Assembly: GCF_047555085.1 (NCBI RefSeq)
Contig: NZ_CP180230.1
Coordinates: forward strand, 360,001 to 392,000
Direction: 5' to 3'
Source: Candidatus Saccharimonadota bacterium
Lineage (GTDB): Archaea; Nanohalarchaeota; Nanosalinia; Nanosalinales; Nanosalinaceae
Length of the DNA: 32,000 nt
The translations under genes and the position numbers were made by a program. How positions within the stretch are numbered: the first letter of the stretch is position 1; every line of letters begins with the position of its first letter. The notes beneath the pieces were generated by a model that saw only the letters and a program-made list of their open reading frames with translations, searched no databases and was not told where the DNA came from. This document shows, piece after piece, positions 24,607-32,000 of the stretch.

Positions 24607-26832
24607 ATGACGGTTCTCAGGAAAGACAAGATAGAATCCAGGGCCTATCAGGAAGTTATCGCGGCCTCAGCCAGTGACAGAAACACTCTTGTTGTTCTAC
24701 CGACAGGCCTCGGAAAGACTATTATAGCAGTCATGGTGGCCTCGATAAAGTACAGTGAAGATTCCAAGATCCTGATGCTTGCGCCGACAAAGCCTCTTGT
24801 AGAACAGCACAAGAAAACGTTCCAGGAGTTTCTGGATGTAGATGAAGACCAGATGCAGGTGATGACCGGTGAGATAAGGCCTGACAAACGTTACGAGCTC
24901 TGGGAGGAGAAAAATATATTTTTTGCAACACCACAGGTAGTGGAAAACGATCTGATCTCGGCAGAAGTCCCTGTAGAGGCCTTCTCATTGGTTATATTCG
25001 ATGAGGCTCACAGGGCGACAGGAGAGTACAGCTACGTATTCATCAACGAGAAGATGAACACGCAGAATCTGGCTTTGACGGCTTCGCCGGGAGGAAGCAA
25101 GGAAAAAATAATGGAGGTATCGGAAAATCTCGGGATAGAAAACTTTGAGGTCCGTACGGAAGACGATCCCGACGTAGAACCGTACATACAGGAAAGGGAG
25201 GTCAACTGGCTTAACGTTGAACTTGATGACAGATTCGAGGAGGCCCGGAACAAGATGGAGGCCTCAAAGAGAACACAGCTGAAGAAACTGAAGAAGCTGG
25301 GCCAGCTTGACTCCACGTCCGATGTCAACAAGACTGATTTACTGAAGTTAAGAGGAGAGATAAGCTCGAAGCTTTCAAAGAAAGATGATCCGCAGCTTTA
25401 CTCCGCTATCTCCCGTGTCGCCACAGCACTGAAGATTTCACAGGCTATCGAACTTCTTGAGACACAGGGAGTAAGCCAGGCCTATGAATACGTACAGGGC
25501 CTGGAGAACGATGATTCAAAAGCGGCTTCACGTGTTTTACAGGACGATGATATGCAGAGAGCGATCAACTTGATCACATATCTGAAAAAAGAGGATGTGG
25601 AGCATCCGAAGACTGAGAAAGTAGTGGATATACTTGACGGATTAGAAGACAGTCAGAAGGCACTTGTTTTCACGGAGTACCGTTCCTCGGTAGAGGATAT
25701 AACACGTAAACTTGAAGAGGAGGACTTCAGTGCCGCAGAGTTCGTCGGCCAGTCAGGAGACACAGGAATGAGTCAGACAGAACAGATAGAGCTTCTGGAG
25801 GAGTTCAGCGACGGAGATCATCAGGTAGTCGTCTCCACAAGCATCGGAGAGGAAGGCCTCGATATACCGGCCGTTGACTACGTTATATTCTACGAGCCGG
25901 TGCCTTCATCTATAAGAGATATTCAGAGAATGGGGAGAACAGGCAGACAGGAATCCGGAGAAGTATTCGTCCTTATAGCAGAAAATACAAGGGATGAAGG
26001 ATACTACTGGAGTGCACACCACAAGAAAAAGAAGATGAACAAAGTGCTCCAGGAGCTGAAGGAAGAAGGCCTTGAGGATACAGGACAGAGCACTCTGGAA
26101 GGATACAGCTCATCCAAGACGACTTCAAAAAAGGAGAAAAATTCTGAGGCCTCCACAAAATCTGAAAAGTCCGGTAAAGATGATGAAGATAAATTTGATA
26201 GTTCAGAGCTTACTATATACGCTGATGATCGTGAAAACTCCGTTGCAAAGAATCTCTCCCGTATGGATACAGTAGTCAAGAAGCAGCGGCTGGATGTAGC
26301 AGACTTTCTTGTATCGGATCGTACAGCAGTCGAGAGAAAGGAGGCGGAGGACTTTGTCGACTCTGTTCTTGATTCACGGCTTTTCGAGCAAGTTCAATCC
26401 CTGCAGCAGTTTGAGAGGCCTGTGATAATTGTTGAAGGTGATGATCTATACAGTCACAGGGATATCCATCCGAATGCAATCAGAGGTGCGCTTGCAACTC
26501 TTGCAATCGACTACGGGATGCCGATAATATGGTCTGCGGATGAGAAAGAGACCTCGAAAATTTTAGAGGCCCTGGCAAAGAGAGAGCAGGAGGATAAAGA
26601 TAGAGAAGTCTCCATCAGAGGAGAAAAATCTCCGAAGTCGGATAAGCAGCTTCAGGAGTTCGTTGTAGCAGGCCTTCCAGGAGTAAATACGAAGATCGCT
26701 GAGAGGATTCTCAACGAGTTTGGCAGTATACAGAAAGTTGTAAATGCTTCCGAGGAGGAACTCAAGTCAGTGGAGGGAATTGGAGATAAAAAGGCCTCCA
26801 CGATACGTGATCTCCTGACTCGTGAATACTGA
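24607..26832 (+). CDS. hef: Hef: helicase plus ERCC4/XPF-type nuclease for fork-structured DNA
   Basis: 741 aa. 'VLPTGLGKT', 'FDEAHRATG' and 'QRMGRTGR' are SF2 helicase motifs. The C-terminal 'VERKEAEDF' is the ERCC4 ERK motif. Tandem HhH elements follow ('GLPGVNTKIAERIL...VEGIGDKKA'). Confidence 0.92.
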   Translation: MTVLRKDKIESRAYQEVIAASASDRNTLVVLPTGLGKTIIAVMVASIKYSEDSKILMLAPTKPLVEQHKKTFQEFLDVDEDQMQVMTGEIRPDKRYELWEEKNIFFATPQVVENDLISAEVPVEAFSLVIFDEAHRATGEYSYVFINEKMNTQNLALTASPGGSKEKIMEVSENLGIENFEVRTEDDPDVEPYIQEREVNWLNVELDDRFEEARNKMEASKRTQLKKLKKLGQLDSTSDVNKTDLLKLRGEISSKLSKKDDPQLYSAISRVATALKISQAIELLETQGVSQAYEYVQGLENDDSKAASRVLQDDDMQRAINLITYLKKEDVEHPKTEKVVDILDGLEDSQKALVFTEYRSSVEDITRKLEEEDFSAAEFVGQSGDTGMSQTEQIELLEEFSDGDHQVVVSTSIGEEGLDIPAVDYVIFYEPVPSSIRDIQRMGRTGRQESGEVFVLIAENTRDEGYYWSAHHKKKKMNKVLQELKEEGLEDTGQSTLEGYSSSKTTSKKEKNSEASTKSEKSGKDDEDKFDSSELTIYADDRENSVAKNLSRMDTVVKKQRLDVADFLVSDRTAVERKEAEDFVDSVLDSRLFEQVQSLQQFERPVIIVEGDDLYSHRDIHPNAIRGALATLAIDYGMPIIWSADEKETSKILEALAKREQEDKDREVSIRGEKSPKSDKQLQEFVVAGLPGVNTKIAERILNEFGSIQKVVNASEEELKSVEGIGDKKASTIRDLLTREY

Positions 26833-27851
26833 TGAAACCTCTGATACTTGGTGTTGATCCCGGAAGCACTTCTGCTATAGCTCTTGTAGATTTCAAAGGA
26901 GATCTGGTCCATGTTGAAAGCGGGAAGAACTTTCCGCCGAGAGAAATGATTTCTAAAGTAGTTGAACAGGGAAAACCTGTTATAGTGGCCTCTGACAAGG
27001 AGAAATTTCCTTCCACAGTGGATAAAATCGCCAGATCGTTCGGTGCAGTAAAATATGAACTGGATGAGGATCTTGATGCTGAAAGGAAGAGGGAACTGGG
27101 CGAGGGAGATAACTCGCATGAACAGGATGCCGTTGCAGCATCAATAAACGCTTACAGAGGCCTGCGTGATAAAATAGATAAGATAGAAGAGATATCAAGT
27201 GAAAGAACTGAAGATAAAGGCACAGTAGCACTGAAGTACTTCAGAGATAATCTCAGGCCTCCACAGCAGGATGATGAGGAAGAGGCCTCTGAGGAAGAGG
27301 AACGTTCCAGGCCTGTTGAACCGGCTCCTGCTGTAGAAAGCTTGATGGGGGAGAATCAGAGGCTGGAGGGCAAGGTTGAAAACCTTGAGGAACAGGTGAA
27401 CGATCTCAAGGACAAAATTGAAGAGCAAAGAGATGAGGCCTCGCGCTGGAGAAGCAAGTACGATCGCATGAGGACTGAGAAAAGGCAGGAGATCATGAAG
27501 GAGCGTGAGTTGAGCAAGAAAAACGCCGAGATCAGGGAAAAAGAGGATAAAATATCTGAACTGGAGGACAGCCTGGAAAAATCACGTATAAGAGAGGACA
27601 GATACGTCAAGGCCCTGAAATTAATCGAAAACGGCGGGAAGATCCTTCCGATTTTTGAAAGAACGGATGAAAGGCCTGAAGTCTCAGTTACGCGTTCACA
27701 GGATCTGAAGAAAGAGCTCGTGGAGAGCGGTGAGCGTGTTTTCCATGTAGATGATCTTGAAGGAGTCGAATTACTTGACAGATTTGTTACAGAGGAGGAG
27801 CCTGAGGCTGATCTCAAGAAAATGATGGAGGAGTACAGAGATGCGAGATAG
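26832..27851 (+). CDS. DUF460 (COG2433) protein: RuvC/YqgF-like RNase H-fold N-domain plus long coiled coil
   Basis: 'ILGVDPGSTSAIALVDFKGDL' is an RNase H-fold first-strand Asp motif and 'VIVASDK' follows. The C-terminal half is an acidic coiled coil. The ATG shares one base with the hef TGA (TGATG). Confidence 0.7.
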   Translation: MKPLILGVDPGSTSAIALVDFKGDLVHVESGKNFPPREMISKVVEQGKPVIVASDKEKFPSTVDKIARSFGAVKYELDEDLDAERKRELGEGDNSHEQDAVAASINAYRGLRDKIDKIEEISSERTEDKGTVALKYFRDNLRPPQQDDEEEASEEEERSRPVEPAPAVESLMGENQRLEGKVENLEEQVNDLKDKIEEQRDEASRWRSKYDRMRTEKRQEIMKERELSKKNAEIREKEDKISELEDSLEKSRIREDRYVKALKLIENGGKILPIFERTDERPEVSVTRSQDLKKELVESGERVFHVDDLEGVELLDRFVTEEEPEADLKKMMEEYRDAR

Positions 27852-28398
27852 ACTCCGTGAAAAATTAGAGGCCTCTAGAGATCAGTTCAGAGAGTTTATT
27901 GGCTTTGATGAGTTTTCCGAGAAGCAGAGGAAAATTCTTGAGGCCAATATTTTCCTCGGCAAGATGCTCGCTATAGGAGCTGTCTTCCATGCCGTGCTTT
28001 TCCTGTATCCCAGCACTGTGCCAGTACAGGAGGCCTTTGCCGGCGTCACTACATCTTTCATGAATTTTTTCGGCTACGATTTCTCGCATTACAGTGTCTA
28101 CATCATGGATGCAGGAACAGGATACGAGATAACTCAGGACTGCCTCGGCTGGAAATCCATGATGGCTTTCACAGCACTTATGGCATCATCAGGCAGAGTA
28201 CGGAAAAACCTCAGATACCTGGGATTAGGCCTTCTGGCAATAGTTTTCACAAACTTCCTCAGAGTTGTCACAACTATACATCTCAGCGAGGCCGGGATCA
28301 TAAGCTTTGAGATAATACACGGATTCCTCTGGCGCTGGAGCCTTACAGGCGTAGTACTCGCTGCATGGATGATATGGTTCACTTACTACAGAGAATAA
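27841..28398 (+). CDS. Small exosortase/archaeosortase-family protein
   Basis: 185 aa and polytopic. It has 'TQDCLGWKSM' (Cys101), 'FTNFLRVV' (Arg141, 40 residues after the Cys) and 'IIHGF' (His). Order and spacing match the archaeosortase Cys/Arg/His triad. It overlaps the DUF460 gene by 11 nt. Confidence 0.6.
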   Translation: MRDRLREKLEASRDQFREFIGFDEFSEKQRKILEANIFLGKMLAIGAVFHAVLFLYPSTVPVQEAFAGVTTSFMNFFGYDFSHYSVYIMDAGTGYEITQDCLGWKSMMAFTALMASSGRVRKNLRYLGLGLLAIVFTNFLRVVTTIHLSEAGIISFEIIHGFLWRWSLTGVVLAAWMIWFTYYRE

Positions 28399-28424
28399 AC
28401 TGTAAAAAGAATTTTAGAGGCCTT

Positions 28425-29240
28425 TCAGTAAATCGTGTAGAAAGCTGCCACACCGAGGCCTGTAAGATCTGTTATAACTACTGAAAGAAGGAATACAGGC
28501 ACCAGAGGCACGCCTGTCCGTACTTTGATGGTATCTTCTTCGTATTCTTCGATCTCCTCTTCTGTAAGGCCTTTGATTTTTCCGTCGAATCCCTGATCCG
28601 GTGCAGGTACTTCGTTGAAGGCGTCTTCAGTCTTTATTTCTCTAACAAGGTATCTGTCCTCGACAAGTTTCACCCATTCGTACAGGAAGATCAGTGACGT
28701 CATCACAGCGAAGAATACTGCACCATTGACGTTGTTGGACCATAGAAATACGCTGAAAAGGCCTGTTCCTGTGATGAATGCTGCTATAAATCTCTGTCTT
28801 TTTTTCAGTGATTTCTGGAACTCTCTGAGGCTTCCTTCGGCCTCGATGAATTTTTTGGCGGCGTATATCAGTGTTACTGCGACTGCGGCGATCATGAAGT
28901 TGAAAACGAGATCCAGTATGTACGTTACGGAGGCCTGGCCTGTGGCTGTCAAGGGTACTGTGAATCCCATCATTGTGAGTATCATGGCGTCTGCTCCTCC
29001 CCAGAATCCTTTGTAGTATGCTGCCCAGCCGTAGATTCCTGCCACGAGGCCTCCGATGAGGCATACTGTGATTGCAGTCATAGAGCCTGTGGTGTAGGAC
29101 TGTGCTGCATGGAGTAACAGGCCTCCGATGATTCCTGTGACGGCGAATTCGTCGGGAACGTTGTGGTCGTTGAAAAGGTCGAAAAGCGAGTCCACAAAAA
29201 GTACTGCGAAAGCCAGTATGTGTGAGAAAACTACGAACAT
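28425..29240 (-). CDS. A24-family prepilin/preflagellin-type signal peptidase (PibD/FlaK/EppA-like)
   Basis: 271 aa and polytopic. There is an N-terminal Asp region ('VDSLFDLFNDHNVPDEF') and a second catalytic-type motif 'FWGGADAMIL' (GxGD-like). Confidence 0.7.
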   Translation of the reverse strand: MFVVFSHILAFAVLFVDSLFDLFNDHNVPDEFAVTGIIGGLLLHAAQSYTTGSMTAITVCLIGGLVAGIYGWAAYYKGFWGGADAMILTMMGFTVPLTATGQASVTYILDLVFNFMIAAVAVTLIYAAKKFIEAEGSLREFQKSLKKRQRFIAAFITGTGLFSVFLWSNNVNGAVFFAVMTSLIFLYEWVKLVEDRYLVREIKTEDAFNEVPAPDQGFDGKIKGLTEEEIEEYEEDTIKVRTGVPLVPVFLLSVVITDLTGLGVAAFYTIY

Positions 29241-29277
29241 ACAAACTTTAAACCGGACAGTCCATAAAAATATACTT

Positions 29278-29910
29278 GTGACACGTCAAAGAGAAGAACT
29301 TCTGAACGATCCTGCTGCCTATATAATACTGAAGAAGGCAGCCGGTCAGGGCGAGAAGGATCTTGAGGAGCTATCCAGTGAGATAGGAGTGGAACATTAC
29401 AGGGTGAAGAAAAGATCCCGTGAACTGGAGAAACACGGATTCGCTGAAGTCAGGCAGGGAAGAAAAATACTGTTTCAGGATAGGCACAGAGAAAAACTGG
29501 AGGCCTTCCATGACAGCATCACTGATTTTGCGGAAAGTCATCACGAAAGGCTTTCAGGAAGCTTTGAAGAGGCCTCAGAGCAGCTGAGAAATGAGTTGGA
29601 GAAATTAGAAAGTGAGAAAGAGGAGACAGATTCTGTGAAGAAACAGAAGATGATCGAGAGAAAGATAGAGGTGTTTGAAGAGGCTCTGGATCAGGAAACT
29701 GGTTCTCCTGAAAAATCGCTTCAGGCCTTTTCACGTGTACACAGGGTCAGAAAGTTTGTGGGCCTGGATGTAGAGTTCCATGGCTTCAATCCGGTACGCA
29801 AGGCGAGGACTATGGTCAAGATCAGGAAAGTTCTCTCCGAGGAGCCTGAAGAGGAAAGGCCTAGAACTTTTTTCGGTAATCGATGGGTTGTACAGGATTC
29901 TCTGGAATGA
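29278..29910 (+). CDS. Winged-helix DNA-binding protein with coiled-coil C-terminal half
   Basis: A GTG start at 29278 avoids overlap with the divergent peptidase gene. 'KDLEELSSEIGVEHYRVKKRSRELEKHGFAEV' is a wHTH-like segment. A TTTAAA box lies about 25-30 nt upstream, so the transcript may be leaderless. Confidence 0.55.
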   Translation: MTRQREELLNDPAAYIILKKAAGQGEKDLEELSSEIGVEHYRVKKRSRELEKHGFAEVRQGRKILFQDRHREKLEAFHDSITDFAESHHERLSGSFEEASEQLRNELEKLESEKEETDSVKKQKMIERKIEVFEEALDQETGSPEKSLQAFSRVHRVRKFVGLDVEFHGFNPVRKARTMVKIRKVLSEEPEEERPRTFFGNRWVVQDSLE

Positions 29911-29949
29911 TGGTCGAGTTTAAAAAATTCCACTTCTCCTTCAAGTGTT

Positions 29950-30126
29950 ATGACAGAGTTTGAATTCACCGGTACGCTTGATCAGGGACGTTCTACTACA
30001 CCTTTCACAAGGACTATCGAAGGCGAGTCCCTTAAGCACGCTACAGAAAAACTTTACTCACAGCTGGGAAGTGAGCACTCGGTTACACGTGGAAAAATCA
30101 CTATCGAGGAAACTGAAGAGCTTTAA
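29950..30126 (+). CDS. rplX: Ribosomal protein LX / L18Ae (eL20)
   Basis: This 58-aa ORF is below the ORF-track cutoff and I translated it by hand: MTEFEFTGTLDQGRSTTPFTRTIEGESLKHATEKLYSQLGSEHSVTRGKITIEETEEL. It fits the archaeal LX pattern (F.V.G.F ... Y..LGS.H...R..I.I.E). It sits in the conserved position upstream of pfdA-ftsY. Confidence 0.8.
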   Translation: MTEFEFTGTLDQGRSTTPFTRTIEGESLKHATEKLYSQLGSEHSVTRGKITIEETEEL

Positions 30127-30138
30127 AGGAGATTCTCT

Positions 30139-30537
30139 ATGGATCAGCAGAAGATGCAGCAGTACCAGCAACTTCAGCAGCAGGTAGAGGAGATGCAGGG
30201 ATCCATGCAGCAGCTTGAACAGCGTATAAACGATGTAGAAGACGCTGTTGAAGGAGTTAGAGGTCTTGAAGAAGTTGAGGAAGGTGAAGAGATCCTTGCC
30301 TCAATAGGTTCCGGTGCTTTCGCCATCGCCGAGCTGAAGAGCAGTGAGGAAGTTGTCACGAATATCGGAGGAGAGGCCTACGAAAGAAGAAAGCTGGATG
30401 ATGCAGAAGACCTGCTTCAGCGTCACGTAGATGAGCTTGAAAATACTAAAAGCGAGCTTGAAGAGGATATAACTGAGATGCAGCAGCAACTTCAGCAGAT
30501 TCAGGCAGAGATCCAGCAGCAGAGACAGGGAGAGTAA
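30139..30537 (+). CDS. pfdA: Prefoldin alpha subunit
   Basis: 132 aa. Two Gln/Glu-rich coiled-coil arms flank a central beta-hairpin region ('ILASIGSGAFAIAELKSSEEVVTNIGGEAY'). Confidence 0.85.
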   Translation: MDQQKMQQYQQLQQQVEEMQGSMQQLEQRINDVEDAVEGVRGLEEVEEGEEILASIGSGAFAIAELKSSEEVVTNIGGEAYERRKLDDAEDLLQRHVDELENTKSELEEDITEMQQQLQQIQAEIQQQRQGE

Positions 30538-30542
30538 ATTCC

Positions 30543-31436
30543 ATGCTTAAAGGCCTGAAAGACTCCGTAAAAGATCTTTCTGAAAACGTCAAGTCAGCGG
30601 TAGGAGAGAAGGAACTGGATGAAGACACTCTTGAGCCGCTGCTGGAAGATTTCAGGCTTAAACTTCTGAAGAACAATGTTTCACTTGATGTAGCTGAAGA
30701 TATAGAGAAAGGCCTCAAAGACAATCTAATAGATACAAAGGTGAAGAGAGGGAAAGTCGAGGAAAAAGTCGAGGAAGCATTCCGTGAGAAACTTGAGGAG
30801 CTTCTTGACGACACATTTAACTTCGAGGAAGCTCTTGAAGAGGCCTCTGAGCCACCTGTTGTTTTCATGATAGGTTTCAATGGCTCGGGTAAGACAACTA
30901 CGGCTGCAAAGCTTGCTGATTACCTGCAGGAAGATCTTGGTGAAGAAGTTGTCCTTGGAGCAGGAGATACATTTAGAGCAGCTTCTATAGAGCAGTTAGA
31001 GGAGCACGGCAATAATCTAGGAGTTAAAGTTGTTTCTCATGAGTACGAGTCGGATCCAGCGGCTGTAGCGTACGATGCTGTGGAGCATGCCGACAAGCAC
31101 GGTAAAGTTGCCATAGTTGATACAGCAGGTAGAAGCCACAGCGACAGAAATCTCATGGATGAGCTGCAGAAGATGATTGATGTCAACGAGCCGGATATAA
31201 CGTTCCTTGTTGTGGATGCGCTGGCTGGAAACGATATACTGGAACAGGCAGAGGCCTATGAGGGCATGTTCGATGCAATAATCGCTACAAAGATGGATAT
31301 CGATGAGAAAGGCGGTGGCATCGTCTCGATAAGTCAGAGATCAGGTAAGCCAGTGGCTTTCCTAGGTACAGGCCAGGACTACAACGAACTTGAAGACTTC
31401 AACAAGGAAGAATTCATCGACAGGATAATGGACTGA
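30543..31436 (+). CDS. ftsY: Signal recognition particle receptor FtsY
   Basis: 297 aa. It carries the SRP-GTPase motifs 'GFNGSGKTTTAAKLA' (G1), 'DTAGR' (G3) and 'TKMD' (G4), plus an acidic N-domain. Confidence 0.93.
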   Translation: MLKGLKDSVKDLSENVKSAVGEKELDEDTLEPLLEDFRLKLLKNNVSLDVAEDIEKGLKDNLIDTKVKRGKVEEKVEEAFREKLEELLDDTFNFEEALEEASEPPVVFMIGFNGSGKTTTAAKLADYLQEDLGEEVVLGAGDTFRAASIEQLEEHGNNLGVKVVSHEYESDPAAVAYDAVEHADKHGKVAIVDTAGRSHSDRNLMDELQKMIDVNEPDITFLVVDALAGNDILEQAEAYEGMFDAIIATKMDIDEKGGGIVSISQRSGKPVAFLGTGQDYNELEDFNKEEFIDRIMD

Positions 31437-31496
31437 GGCCTTGAAGTTAAATTTTTAGGCTAGTTCTGACAATTTTTCATAGAGGCAACTATTTTT

Positions 31497-32000
31497 ATGG
31501 CACAGATCGGTACTCTGAAGTTGAAATCTGATTCGGGTGTTGTTGAGGTACCGGTCTTCGAGCCGGGAGATGTAGGCCTTCCCGTGGTACGTGTACAGAC
31601 TGATTCAGGTACAGGAGCCTTGAACGTAGTTGATACAGGTGATGCAGAGCTTGATCAGCTTCGTGTACAGACATCTCAAGGAGTAAAGGCAGTCAGTACC
31701 ACGATAAACACCGTCTTCAGTTACGAGGATGATTTCACTACAGACACTACAGATAACTACTCTATAGAGCTTTCAAGCAGCAGTCCTTCATACTCGTATA
31801 GTTCATCAAACGATGCGATATACTTTGACACTACTGACAACGACCATGCCTACGTAAGGAAAACCTTCTCAAACATGTCTTCCAGCGGCTATGTCAAGAT
31901 AACAAACAATATCACAGGCGACGATCCCTACGGAGAAACAGTAGGCCTCTCAATCTACAACAGTTCAACAGGAGACCGTTACAGAGCAACTAACAGAGAC
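31497..32000 (+). CDS. Hypothetical protein, 3'-truncated by the window edge
   Basis: The ATG at 31497 opens a frame that stays open for 168 codons to the window end. The N-terminus carries a repeated '(V/L)RVQT(D/S)xG' motif, followed by Ser/Thr/Asn/Asp-rich sequence. It is absent from the ORF track because no stop falls inside the window. Confidence 0.5.
   Translation, partial: MAQIGTLKLKSDSGVVEVPVFEPGDVGLPVVRVQTDSGTGALNVVDTGDAELDQLRVQTSQGVKAVSTTINTVFSYEDDFTTDTTDNYSIELSSSSPSYSYSSSNDAIYFDTTDNDHAYVRKTFSNMSSSGYVKITNNITGDDPYGETVGLSIYNSSTGDRYRATNRD

Noticed and set aside
26652-27817. Long minus-strand ORFs (26652..27119, 27356..27817) and the Ser-rich ORF 30446..30880 (-)
   Set aside because: They are antisense to the GAA/GAG-rich coiled-coil coding regions of hef/DUF460 and ftsY. 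The complement of such sequence naturally gives open Ser/Leu/Phe-rich frames.
28642-29244. 200-aa minus-strand ORF in another frame of the A24 peptidase region
   Set aside because: The translation is Arg/His/Pro-rich and non-acidic. The co-located 271-aa frame has coherent TM helices and the A24 motifs.
29128-29277. 50-codon N-terminal extension of the wHTH protein ORF
   Set aside because: It is antisense overlap with the A24 peptidase coding region. The GTG at 29278 sits just past the peptidase start and has an upstream TTTAAA box.
29960-30187. 75-aa plus-strand ORF listed in the track
   Set aside because: It overlaps both the LX ORF and the pfdA start, has atypical basic Ser/Leu-rich composition, and is displaced by the recognisable 58-aa LX frame.
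1-32000. Search for CRISPR arrays, IS elements or transposases, integrases, toxin-antitoxin pairs and prophage blocks
   Set aside because: I saw no regularly spaced direct repeats with unique spacers and no DDE, tyrosine or serine recombinase-like ORFs. The only recurrent repeat is the short AGGCCT-based palindrome, which lacks CRISPR-like periodicity.

Overview
This is a densely coding chromosomal segment from a halophilic archaeon. The predicted proteins are strongly acidic, the informational genes are archaeal, and GC is low, roughly mid-40s % by eye. That combination suggests Nanohaloarchaeota/DPANN, but this is inference only. Housekeeping content: valS, aRF1, dcd, tatD, an rplX(LX)-pfdA-ftsY block, SRP (7S) RNA, tRNA-Cys, hef, an Hjc-like resolvase and a DUF368 polyprenyl-phosphate transporter-like gene. 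Accessory and envelope content: three standalone LamG-domain paralogs without signal peptides, two signal-peptide proteins (one with a gluzincin HExxH motif), and a HerA-like ATPase translationally coupled to a polytopic membrane protein. There is also an overlapping hef / DUF460 / small archaeosortase-like chain facing an A24 prepilin-type peptidase gene. I saw no CRISPR array, transposase, integrase or rRNA. The most unusual signal is not a gene. The palindrome AGGCCT, often extended to GAGGCCTC or TAGAGGCCTCTA, occurs about 130 times by manual scan, roughly one per 240 bp and about 20-fold over a composition expectation. It occurs in all codon phases, on both gene orientations, in nearly every intergenic spacer and at stop codons, and paired copies form intergenic hairpins. 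Secondary oddities: an 18-nt duplication of the tRNA-Cys 5' end, an M50-like protein lacking HExxH, a 50% Asp/Glu mini-protein, identical A6T5 palindromes at convergent gene ends, and a ribosomal protein LX ORF missing from the supplied ORF track.
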